This document shows positions 10,167-19,996 of a stretch of DNA of 64,000 bases, piece by piece. The translations under genes were made by a program, and so were the position numbers. The notes under the pieces are model-generated. The model worked only from the letters and a program-made list of their open reading frames with translations. It searched no databases and was not told where the DNA came from. The first letter of the stretch is position 1. Every line of letters begins with the position of its first letter. Origin of the DNA: Clostridia bacterium (GTDB lineage Bacteria; Bacillota; Clostridia; UBA1212; DUPL01); contig JBMNIW010000001.1 of NCBI GenBank assembly GCA_050951325.1, forward strand, positions 224,001-288,000, written 5' to 3'.

Positions 10167-13100
10167 TTACACCAACCCTAAATACTTCTCAAAGAATATC
10201 ATCAGCTTTTCGATAATCACTTGCTTTTTCGCTGCCCTGCCTCCACCAAAGCGAGATGCAGGTGGCATGATTTTGTCAAAAGCTGTACCAGTTGTTTTAA
10301 GTATTCCGTCTCTGAATGCATTGTCAATGAAACGACGGGTATCTTCAGCCTTTAATCCTTCATCTTCTATAATTGCCGACAGGTCCTCTTCCTTACGCTC
10401 ATTGAGGAATTTGCGCCAATCCTCATCAACTATGGTCGATACATTAACTTGTTCAATAAAACGCTCGATAAGCTCTTTCTTGCTTCGAAGTTCAATACTC
10501 GAATTGATGGCCTTATCAATGGTCGTAAGAATGGTTTTATCCTTACAGTTGGATTGTTGATATTTAGCTACAAGCATAAGGATATAATCAATGTTTACCT
10601 CTATCTGCTTGACCAGTTCAATCTCAAAAACTATGTCATCATTGATAGTTTCTTTGTCACCATCAGCACCTTTTCTATATTCCTGATACAGGTCTATATA
10701 AATGCTCTGATAGTCCTGAAAATCCCTTTCAGATAAAATCTCGTTTCCTTCAAATTCATCAAAGGAAGTAAGAACATTTCTAAGCCTGAGTATTGCTCCA
10801 TAAAGCCTGATAAAGTCTTTTTCGGCATCTTCTCCGAGAATAGATTGACCAAGGGGATACTGTGTTGTAAGACTTGCAATCAGTTCTGCATAGCCCGGCT
10901 TATACTCACCTTTATCATCATAGCCGTTATAGTATTCTTGAAATGTTTTCAGCAGTACAATACCGCCTGCATCCTTATTACCGAATAGTGCAATAGCCTT
11001 GTCTGTTTCTTCTTTCAAATCTCTAAAGCAAACGATATTACCATAAGTCTTAACGCTGTTTAGGATGCGATTAGTTCTTGAAAAAGCCTGAATCAGCCCA
11101 TGCTGCCTAAGATTTTTGTCTACCCATAGCGTATTCAGGGTTGTTGCATCAAAGCCTGTCAGGAACATATTGACAACAATCAATATATCAATCTCTCGAT
11201 TCTTTACACGAAGAGAGAGGTCTTTATAATAATTCTGGAACTTGTCCGAGGAAGTATCGTAATTTGTGCTAAATGTGCTATTGTAATCCCTGATAGCCTC
11301 CTCAAGAAAATCTCTGGAGCTCTGGTCAAGATTTTCCATACTAAAATCCTCTTCAGGAAGCAGTCCATCTGGTTCCTCCTCATTTGCACTATAACTGAAA
11401 ATAGTTGCAACGGTAAGGTTACGGTTCTTTTCCGCTATCTGCTTCTTAAACTCATTATAGTATCTGATTGCCATCGGGATGGATGCAGCAGCAAATATGG
11501 AGTTGAAACCGGCAACTAGCCTTGTTTCACGCTTTTCTATCATCTTTTTTGGGTTGTGTTTCTCTGCTTCTTCCCATTTTGCAGAGAATGTGTAATAACT
11601 ATTACGCTTCGTTTTCTGATCAAAGTGTTCAAGAACGTAAGAAACTATTTCACTGATTCGCTGCGGATCTGCCAAGGCTTTTTCTCTATCAATGCTATAG
11701 ACTTTTTTATCATTAATGTAATCAGGCATCTTGATGGTATTAATAAAATCTATTCTAAAAGGTAGAACATTCCCATCATTGATGGCATCTACAATAGTAT
11801 AGGTATGTAGCTTTTCTCCAAAAGCCTGCTCGGTTGTGCGAAGCAGCGGATTTCCACCTGAACTGGCATTTGCAGCAAAAATCGGAGTTCCCGTAAAGCC
11901 GAAGATATGGTAGTTCTTAAAACTCTTCGTTATAGCTCTGATGCATTTCGCCAAATTGGGAACGGTGGCACTCATCAAAAATCAATACCACATGTTTCTT
12001 GTAAATATCATGCTGTTTGTTTTTGCGGATGAATATATCCAACTTCTGAATAGTGGTTACAATGATTTTGTATTCATGAGGATTTCCTTTTTCATCCCTG
12101 TCCTCCAATTGTCTTTGAAGAACTCTTGTGGACGTATTACCATTAGCAGCCCCCTTTTCAAAACGATCATATTCCTTCATCGTCTGATAATCCAGATCTT
12201 TACGGTCAACGACAAACAGTACCTTGTCTATATAAGGCAAGGCAGAAGCTAATTGCGCTGTCTTAAAACTGGTCAATGTCTTACCAGAGCCTGTTGTATG
12301 CCAAATATATCCTCCGGCTTCAGTTGTGCCCATCTTCTTGTAGTTGGTTGATACTACAATACGTGACAATATACGTTCTGCAGCAGCAATTTGATAAGGA
12401 CGCATTACAAGGAGCATATCTTCAGATGTAAAAATACAATATTTTGTTAGTATATTTAAGAAGGTATGCTTGGCAAAAAATGTTTTAGTAAAGTCCACAA
12501 GGTCAGGAATGATTTTGTTATTTGCATCTGCCCAAAAGCATGTGAACTCAAAACTGTTGCTTGTTTTTTTGCTTCTTCGACGTTCACTGCTGTTTTGCTC
12601 CTTTATATGAGCACTTCTTGTGGTGTTACTATAATACTTTGTATGAGTGCCATTTGAGATAACGAATATCTGCACATACTCAAATAAACCAGAAGATGCC
12701 CAAAAGCTGTCACGCTGGTATCTTTTTATCTGATTGAAAGCTTCACGGATAGCAACACCACGCCTCTTCAGCTCCACATGTACCAAGGGAAGTCCATTGA
12801 CAAGTATAGTCACATCATAACGGTTTTCATGCTTGCCTCCTGCTTCTTCGTATTGATTAATGACCTGCAAACGATTGTTATGGATATTCTTTTTATCCAA
12901 AAGGTATATGTTCTTTGTTGTTCCATCTTCACGTTTTAGAATCTGGATATGGTCATCTTGAATTTTTCTGGTCTTTTCAACAATTCCCTCGTTAGTATTT
13001 GCTATACATTCCGTGAAAAACCTATCCCATTCACTATCTGTAAAGGTGAAGTCATTAAGCAGTTCAAGTTGCTTTCGGAGATTTTCTATCAATGCAGCTT

Positions 13101-13269
13101 CATTATGCACTAAAATATATTCATATCCTTGGGAAGTCAGTTGCCTAATAAAGTCACGCTCAAGTTCTGCCTCGCTTTGATATTTTTCAGGACGGACATT
13201 GTATTCAGCTGCATATTCAGCAACAACTGTTGCTTCGTCAGTACTTGCAACGATATTGTATAGACTCAT
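10167..13269 (-). pseudogene. hsdR: Type I restriction endonuclease subunit R, split by a +1 frameshift near 11935
   Basis: N-part 11917-13269 (RYD..ILVNGLPL..VELK, HTTGSGKT, DECHRSQ) and C-part 10167-~11935 (FGFTGTP, MFLTGFD, QAFSRTNR); removing one base gives QFGEMH(Q/R)AITKSFKNY. Confidence 0.9.
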
Positions 13270-14401
13270 GCCGTCACCTCCTTGAAAGATAACAGTTTAT
13301 CTCTGTAATATTCATACTGCTTTCTCCTTGCTGTAAGCTCTGCTGTAAGCTCTGCTGTAAGCTCTGTGAAATTGTCCAGAATACGGACAATTTCCTGCTG
13401 AACAGGTAGTGGAGGGAGGGGAATTTTAATGTTTTTTGCAATAGTCCAATGACGATTATATCCTCTTGATGGGATGTCAATATTGCAAAAAGCATAATAA
13501 ATATACTTTGTGTTTAAATCTTCAGTAACGGGAATAAATACTTTTGTTCCACTATCACCTTGGGCAAATTTCCGATCTGCATATTTAACAACTCTCGTAT
13601 GATCTCCAAAAATAATACAAGGCAATATAGGTGGTACAGCAGATTCGTCATCAGTATATCCAGCAATATACACTTGGCTTTGGTCTATTATTGGGATATC
13701 TCCATTATCTTTGTAATATTTCTTTGAAATACTATTAGGAGCATTATTGTTTTTTAGCACTTCTCCTAAAGTCTTCCACTCCACCTCATCCCCAAAGGTC
13801 AATAGCTCATCCCTATAATACTCATACTGCTTTCTTCTTGCTGTAAGCTCTGCTGTAAGCTCTGCTGTAAGCTCTGTGAAATTGTCCAAAATGCGGACAA
13901 TTTCCTGCTGCACAGGTAGAGGGGGAAGGGGGATACGAATTTCCTAATCGCCACCTATCAAAATTGAAGCGGAATCTGGCACCTTCCTCCTTATAAGAGT
14001 TAATTTTATTCATACCATAGGGTGATTTTAGAACATATTCAAAATACTCTTTAACACATCTTGCGTTTCATCTATGGAAAATACAACATACATAGGACTT
14101 ACTAATACCGGGTTCTTCTTCTTTTACCATCGCAATAGAACCAATATTAAGCCTTGCAGGGATTATACGCAAACATATTTTTTCTAACTATTGTGTAGTT
14201 TGAAGTATCTTCACTATGAATTGTGTTGTCGCTATAATCCTCTGCTCTGACAATACCAAAGAATTACTAACTACATACTACCTGTTGAACACTAATATCA
14301 TCTTTTCCACGTTCTCTGATACGCTTAATTAAAGAACCAATTGAAGCATATTCCACCCCATCAGGGCAAAGTTCAGCAATCAATTCATCCAATCTACTCA
14401 T
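13266..14401 (-). pseudogene. hsdS: Type I specificity subunit; TRD1 frameshifted, 3' half (13266-13913) open
   Basis: ATG at 14401 gives MSRLDELIAELCPDGVEY; two conserved regions LPVQQEIVRILDNFTELTAELTAELTARRKQYEYYR; several frame breaks in 13920-14290. Confidence 0.85.
13311..13935. repeat. Direct repeats of hsdS conserved regions (13311-~13420 and 13819-~13935), each with 12-bp TAEL tandem repeats
   Basis: GCTGTAAGCTCT units occur in tandem within both near-identical copies. Confidence 0.9.
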
Positions 14402-14702
14402 TTGCCCACCTCAATTTCTGCAATGATCTTATCTATTTCTTCCCTCAAAACCTGCTCTCTCGCCACAATCTTTTCAATCTCAGCATTGAGGGCAACAATA
14501 TCAATATTTTCCCTTGTATCCTCCTGTTCCACATATGTTAGCAATCAACTCATCCAATCTACTCATTTGCCCACCTCAATTTCCGCAATAATCTTATCTA
14601 TTTCCTCCCGTAAAACCTGCTCTCGTGCCACAATCTTTTCTATCTTAGCATTGAGGGCAACAATATCAATTTTTTCTCTCGTATCCTCTTGTTCAACATA
14701 GG
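14375..14702. repeat. Diverged 165-bp tandem duplication of hsdM 3' end plus hsdS start
   Basis: hsdS ATGs at 14401 and 14566 are 165 bp apart; both copies encode YVEQEDTRE.IDIVALNA.IEKIVAREQVLREEIDKIIAEIEVGK and MSRLDELIA, with mostly synonymous differences. Confidence 0.9.
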
Positions 14703-16131
14703 TAGAAACAGAAAGGTTATAGTCTTGTTCAGCTATTTCACTGTTTGGCACAAGCCTGGCAAAATGCTCAATATCTTTTCTATCTTTGAATGCGTTAAGA
14801 ATAGTCTCAATATTTTCCTGTGTTAGTTTGTTGTTATTCGTAACCTTGACAAATTCCTTTGATGCATCGATAAATAAGGTGCTATTTTCTGATTTAGACT
14901 TCTTCAGCACCATAATGCAGGTAGCAATACTTGTACCGTAAAACAAGTTATCCGGTAACTGTATGATACAGTCTATATAGTTATTGTCAATCAGGTATTG
15001 TCTGATTTTCTTCTCAGCGCCTCCGCGATACATTACACCGGGGAAACAGACAATAGCCGCTGTTCCGTTTGTTGCAAGCCAAGAAAGACTATGCATAATA
15101 AAAGCAAGATCTGCTTTAGACTTAGGAGCCAATACTCCCGCTGGAGAAAAACGGGGATCGTTAATCAAAATAGGATCATTGTCGCCCTTCCATTTAATAG
15201 AGTAAGGTGGATTTGATACAATGGCTTCAAAAGGCTCATCGTCCCAATGGTGAGGATCTGTTAGTGTGTCCCCAAGGGCAATATCAAATTTGTCGTAATC
15301 AATATCGTGCAAGAACATATTAATTCTGCACAGGTTGTAGGTTGTTATGTTGATTTCTTGACCGAAGAAACCAAGGCGTACATTTTCTTTTCCTAAGATT
15401 TTTGCAAACTTCAGCAGCAGAGAACCAGAACCGCAAGCAGGGTCATATACCTTGTTGACTTCAGTTTTTCCTACTAATGTTAAGTGGGTAAGGAGTTCAG
15501 AAACCTCTTGCGGCGTATAGTATTCACCACCACTTTTTCCTGCATTGGATGCATACATACCCATTAAGAATTCATAGGCATCACCGAATGCATCTATGGT
15601 ATTGTCTTTGTAATCTCCCAGCTTCATTTCTCCAACAGAATTCATTAGCTTAACCAGCTTTTCATTACGCTTTACTACAGTGTTACCTAGCTTATTGCTG
15701 TTAACATCTAAATCGTCAAACAGACCTTTGAAATTATCTTCGCTTTCTGTTCCTTGGGCAGATGCTTCTATATTACTGAAAATCTGTTCCAGTGTTTCAT
15801 TTAAGTTTTCATCATCCTTTGCACGAGCTCGGACATTTTCAAAAAGCTCGCTGGGCAAGATAAAGAAGCCTTTTGTCTTAACTAAATCCTCTCGTGCCTG
15901 TTCTGCTTCTTCGTCGGATAGCTTGGCATAATCAAATTCCGTATTGCCAGCTTCCCATTCTCCTGCGTTAATATAGGCAGTAATATTTTCGGATATGTAG
16001 CGGTAAAACAGCATACCTAGAACATATTGCTTAAAGTCCCATCCATCTACACTGCCTCTTAGATCATTTGCCATATTCCAGATCGTGCGGTGGAGTTCTG
16101 CTCTTTCCTGTTCTTTTCTGTTGTTACTCAT
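14563..16131 (-). CDS. hsdM: Type I RM methyltransferase subunit M
   Basis: LRGSVD, GEYYTP, YDPACGSGSLL, NPPY, YNLSVSTYV; intact. Confidence 0.96.
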   Translation of the reverse strand: MSNNRKEQERAELHRTIWNMANDLRGSVDGWDFKQYVLGMLFYRYISENITAYINAGEWEAGNTEFDYAKLSDEEAEQAREDLVKTKGFFILPSELFENVRARAKDDENLNETLEQIFSNIEASAQGTESEDNFKGLFDDLDVNSNKLGNTVVKRNEKLVKLMNSVGEMKLGDYKDNTIDAFGDAYEFLMGMYASNAGKSGGEYYTPQEVSELLTHLTLVGKTEVNKVYDPACGSGSLLLKFAKILGKENVRLGFFGQEINITTYNLCRINMFLHDIDYDKFDIALGDTLTDPHHWDDEPFEAIVSNPPYSIKWKGDNDPILINDPRFSPAGVLAPKSKADLAFIMHSLSWLATNGTAAIVCFPGVMYRGGAEKKIRQYLIDNNYIDCIIQLPDNLFYGTSIATCIMVLKKSKSENSTLFIDASKEFVKVTNNNKLTQENIETILNAFKDRKDIEHFARLVPNSEIAEQDYNLSVSTYVEQEDTREKIDIVALNAKIEKIVAREQVLREEIDKIIAEIEVGK

Positions 16132-16134
16132 ACC

Positions 16135-16365
16135 CTACTTCCTTTCTTCAACCATATTAGGCACTAATTCCATGATATCTTTAAAATCAACACCAAGCGC
16201 CGTACAAACCTTTACAAGAACGTCCATACTGACATATTCATTTTTAGAAAGCTTTGAAATTGAAGATGGACTTATGCCCGCAGCAGCTTGTAAATCTTTC
16301 TTTTTCATATCGCGGTCTATCAACAATTTCCATAGCTTTTTATAACTAACGGTCATCTTGGTCAC
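16135..16365 (-). CDS. XRE-family HTH regulator
   Basis: VSYKKLWKLLIDRDMKKKDL...ISKL..NE.VS..VL.KVC..L....DI.E. Confidence 0.85.
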   Translation of the reverse strand: MTKMTVSYKKLWKLLIDRDMKKKDLQAAAGISPSSISKLSKNEYVSMDVLVKVCTALGVDFKDIMELVPNMVEERK

Positions 16366-16492
16366 CTCATTATATAAGTTTTTTTACATTATAGCACATT
16401 TTCTTCAAATATAACATTATAATTCTGTGTTTATGAAGGAAATCTACAATATTAACAAAGTTAATGATAGCTATGTATGATTGATGTGATGG

Positions 16493-16535
16493 AAAAAACG
16501 GCATAGCCGAATATCAACGACTATGCCGCATTTTT
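16493..16535 (-). terminator. Terminator-like hairpin after the HMA gene
   Basis: CGGCATAG...CTATGCCG flanked by A/T runs. Confidence 0.6.
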
Positions 16536-16573
16536 ATAAACAATCCCAATCTGACCTATAGAGGGAATTTTTT

Positions 16574-16801
16574 CTATCTTACCACGGATTTCTTAACCTC
16601 ATACCCTATCTTGCCAATTGAATCGGTAATGTTATCTATTGTGGTCTTTTCCGGATCAAACTGAAGTTTAACCTTGCTTGCATTGAACATTACATTCACA
16701 CTTTCCTTGTCAACACCATCCACACTCTTTACCGCCTTGTCAATCTTCTGCATGCAGGATGGGCATGCCAGAGTTTCCAGTTGTATTGTAGCTGATTTCA
16801 T
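16574..16801 (-). CDS. Heavy-metal-associated (HMA/CopZ-like) protein
   Basis: LACPSC motif, 75 aa, C-terminal IGY. Confidence 0.9.
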   Translation of the reverse strand: MKSATIQLETLACPSCMQKIDKAVKSVDGVDKESVNVMFNASKVKLQFDPEKTTIDNITDSIGKIGYEVKKSVVR

Positions 16802-16822
16802 TTAGCATCTCTCCTTCATTTT

Positions 16823-18676
16823 TTATCTTCTCAATCTATATCTCAAAAGCCTCATGCCGTTCAATATGACGGCCAGAATGCTGGCTTCATGTACAAACAT
16901 GCCAATCGACATATTCATCCAGTCACTGAACAAAACACTCACAAGCAAAACAATTACAACGCCAATTGCAATGAATATGTTCTGTCTCATATTCCTGGTT
17001 ATTGCCTTTGACAGCCCAAGAGCATGTGGCAGTCGTCCGAAATCAGAGTTCATTAGTACGACATCCGAAGTTTCAATTGCCACATCTGTTCCGCTACCCA
17101 TGGCAATACCTACATGGGCAAGCGCAAGGGACGGACTGTCATTAACACCATCACCTACAAAGGCAACGATTTGTCCTTTGTCAATAATATCCTTGACATA
17201 TTCCGACTTGTCTTCAGGAAGCATGTTTCCACGAGCTTCTGTAAGTCTCAGCTCCTTTGCCACCAGATCCACCGTACCTTGGTTGTCACCAGAAAGCATG
17301 ACAAGATTTTTCACCTTCAGCCTCTTGAGGCTATCCAAATCCTTCTTTACATCTGGACGAATCTTGTCACGGACACCCATCAATACTTTAAGCTCTTCAT
17401 CAACAGCTGTCAATACCAGAGAATTACCGTTTTTCTCAAACCTATCAATGTCAGCTCTCATCCTGTCATCAAGGTGAACCTTCTCTCGTTCCATAAGAGC
17501 CACATTGCCAACAGCTATCCTGCGTCCATTTACTGTGGCAATTATGCCCTCTCCCTTGACAACTCCCGTATTCTCAACAGAAAAGGTTTCCACCTCTCCA
17601 ATGTGCTCAAGAACAGCCTTTGCCAGAGGATGATCAGATTCCTTTTCCACACTGGCAAGATAAGAAAGAACCTCTTCCACATTCTCTCCATAGTATTCCT
17701 TTTCCATGACAGAAGGATTTCCTACTGTCAGGGTTCCGGTTTTGTCAAACACCATGGTATCAAGCCTGCTGAAATCACTTATAACTTCGCTACCTTTAAA
17801 CAAAACTCCATGTCTTGCACCATTTCCAATTCCCGCCACATTCGATACAGGAACACCAATTACCAAGGCACCAGGGCATCCCAGCACCAGTATGGTTATT
17901 GCAAGTTCTACGTTCCTTGTAACAAGGCCTACCACAAAAGCCAGCACCAGTACAAAAGGTGTATAGTATTTAGAGAATCGGTCAATGAATCTTTCTGCCT
18001 GGGATTTGGAATCCTGGGCTTCTTCCACAAGCTCTATTATCCTTCCAAAAGTGGTGTCTTCCCCAACCCTGTCAGCAACTATCTGAATTGTTCCATTATC
18101 AAGTATTGTACCTGCAAATACTTTGGAACCTTTCTCCTTTGCAACGGGCAGAGATTCGCCTGTGATACTTGCCTCGTTCACACTTCCTTCACCCAATACA
18201 ACTGTTCCGTCTACAGGCACTTTTGCACCCGTCTTTACAAGAAGCACATCGCCAATATCTACCTCGTCAACATCAACTTCCTCAAACTCTCCGTTCTCCA
18301 TAAGCTTAAGAGCGCTCTCGGGAGCCATTTCAGCAAGTTCCTTTATTGCTGAACGTGTTTTGTTGAGAGTTCTCTGTTCCAGATATGCACCAAACAGGAA
18401 TAAAAATGTTACTATCGCAGCTTCCTCATAGTTCTTTATAACAAACGCACCGGTTACTGCAATGGTAACCAAAACATCTATACTAACAACCTTTATCCTT
18501 AAAGATTGGAAAGCCATTATGGCAATAGGTGCAGCACCCAGTACGGAAGCAGCTATCATCAATATTTCAAACAAAAACATGTTTCCTATCGTCCATCTTA
18601 CAAGGAAGGACAAAGCTATTAACACTCCGCCAATCAACGCTATTTTATTCTTGTGCTTTAATAAAAACCGCTGCAT
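16823..18676 (-). CDS. Heavy-metal P1B-type ATPase
   Basis: ITGES, GCPGAL, DKTGT, SDHP, GDGVND, HEAS. Confidence 0.93.
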   Translation of the reverse strand: MQRFLLKHKNKIALIGGVLIALSFLVRWTIGNMFLFEILMIAASVLGAAPIAIMAFQSLRIKVVSIDVLVTIAVTGAFVIKNYEEAAIVTFLFLFGAYLEQRTLNKTRSAIKELAEMAPESALKLMENGEFEEVDVDEVDIGDVLLVKTGAKVPVDGTVVLGEGSVNEASITGESLPVAKEKGSKVFAGTILDNGTIQIVADRVGEDTTFGRIIELVEEAQDSKSQAERFIDRFSKYYTPFVLVLAFVVGLVTRNVELAITILVLGCPGALVIGVPVSNVAGIGNGARHGVLFKGSEVISDFSRLDTMVFDKTGTLTVGNPSVMEKEYYGENVEEVLSYLASVEKESDHPLAKAVLEHIGEVETFSVENTGVVKGEGIIATVNGRRIAVGNVALMEREKVHLDDRMRADIDRFEKNGNSLVLTAVDEELKVLMGVRDKIRPDVKKDLDSLKRLKVKNLVMLSGDNQGTVDLVAKELRLTEARGNMLPEDKSEYVKDIIDKGQIVAFVGDGVNDSPSLALAHVGIAMGSGTDVAIETSDVVLMNSDFGRLPHALGLSKAITRNMRQNIFIAIGVVIVLLVSVLFSDWMNMSIGMFVHEASILAVILNGMRLLRYRLRR

Positions 18677-18706
18677 TACCTATCACCCCTTTAATTTAAA
18701 TTAACA

Positions 18707-18985
18707 TTATGCATGATATGCAATATCCAGTTCTTCAAGCATTTTATATACAGCTTCATAGCTTTCACAAACATCTTCCGGAACTGAATAATTGCCGGTT
18801 ATGTCGCGCAGTCTTGCAAACTTATCCTTAAGGTCTGCGTCTACTTTACCCTTCATTTCATCAAATACTTTTTTCACCTCATGAAACTCAGGATGATGCT
18901 CTCCATGCACTCTTGCCACTATGGGAACATACATCTCCAAAGTTTTCATGTGCTCCTTCTTAACCTCATCAAATGTTCTTGCCAT
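18707..18985 (-). CDS. RIC (iron-sulfur cluster repair)-like short protein
   Basis: IVARVHGEHHPE and LRDITGNYSVPEDVCESY..VY..L.ELD resemble RIC/ScdA segments; ATG at 18985 after AGAGGG. Confidence 0.75.
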   Translation of the reverse strand: MARTFDEVKKEHMKTLEMYVPIVARVHGEHHPEFHEVKKVFDEMKGKVDADLKDKFARLRDITGNYSVPEDVCESYEAVYKMLEELDIAYHA

Positions 18986-19028
18986 AATAGATACCCTCTT
19001 TCTATCAATTGTTATCAATCACAAGCAT

Positions 19029-19070
19029 ATTATACCAGCCATTTTCACAGATTGCTTTGACTTGAATCAC
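19029..19070 (-). promoter_or_regulatory. Crp/Fnr(Flp)-type box with -10 element
   Basis: TTGA-cttgaa-TCAC at 19057-19070 and TATAAT (minus strand) at 19029-19034; box centre is about -41.5 from the inferred start. Confidence 0.6.
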
Positions 19071-19135
19071 ACTAAATATTTTGCATTCATAATATTACAT
19101 ATGTGTATTTAAAATATGCAGCATGGAGAAATGTC

Positions 19136-19996
19136 ATGGAAAACAAAAAGAAGTCACAACGCACATTAATACTAGTCATGATAATTAATTTCCTCATATC
19201 CATAATAAAAATCTGTTTGGGACTTTATACAAAAAGTACAAGCATGACAGCTGATGGTTTCCATTCCATTTCCGACACTTCTTCAAATATTGTGGGGATT
19301 ATTGGACTGCATTATGCATCAAAGCCAAAAGACAAAAAGCACCCTTACGGCCATTACAAGTTTGAAACCCTTGCTTCCTTGTTTATATCCTTCATGCTCT
19401 TTGCCTTGAGCGGACAAATAGTTGTTGACGCAATATCAAAATTCATAAATCCGACAATCACCAGAATTCCACCCATAAGTATTGCCGTATTAATATTCAC
19501 TATTGTAGTTAACACTGTAGTATCCGTCTGGGAGAACAAAAAGGGAAAGGAACTAAACAGCCAGGTTCTTGTATCTGACTCCATCCATACAAGAAGCGAC
19601 ATATTTGTGTCTTTAGGTGTGCTGGTTACTCTGATATTATTAAAACTTGGCGCAAACCCAATAATCGATCCAATTGCATCCCTTGTGGTGGCTGTATTCA
19701 TAATCCACGCTGCATTGAAGATATTCAAAGACAGCAGTTTTGTTCTGGTTGATGGAACCCAGATAAGTGAAGATGACATACGAAACATAGTCATGGAGTT
19801 TGATGAAGTTGTGGATGTACATAAAATACGCAGCAGAGGGAGTTTGGACAACTTGAACATTGATTTGCACATAGTAGTTAATGCAGACCTGGATGTGGAA
19901 AAGTCGCACATTCTCGTGCATGATATTGAGGATGCTATGAAAGAAAAATTCAATAAAAACACACAGGTGTTGGCTCATGTGGAGCCTGATAATTAA
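19136..19996 (+). CDS. Cation diffusion facilitator transporter
   Basis: ADGFHSISD, HPYGHYKFE, DSIHTRSD, HKIRSR, DLHI, HVEP. Confidence 0.93.
   Translation: MENKKKSQRTLILVMIINFLISIIKICLGLYTKSTSMTADGFHSISDTSSNIVGIIGLHYASKPKDKKHPYGHYKFETLASLFISFMLFALSGQIVVDAISKFINPTITRIPPISIAVLIFTIVVNTVVSVWENKKGKELNSQVLVSDSIHTRSDIFVSLGVLVTLILLKLGANPIIDPIASLVVAVFIIHAALKIFKDSSFVLVDGTQISEDDIRNIVMEFDEVVDVHKIRSRGSLDNLNIDLHIVVNADLDVEKSHILVHDIEDAMKEKFNKNTQVLAHVEPDN

Noticed and set aside
13328-13870. Short tandem repeats as a CRISPR array or VNTR locus
   Set aside because: They are in-frame 12-bp TAEL repeats inside hsdS conserved regions with no spacers. No CRISPR array or cas gene was seen in the window.
10137-16560. 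Defined att-bounded island around the RM locus
   Set aside because: No integrase or flanking direct repeat was found, so boundaries cannot be supported.
17114-18352. 412-aa plus-strand ORF (similarly 3671-4585, 1502-2119, 47739-48476)
   Set aside because: Antisense shadows of well-supported genes, with no recognisable motifs.
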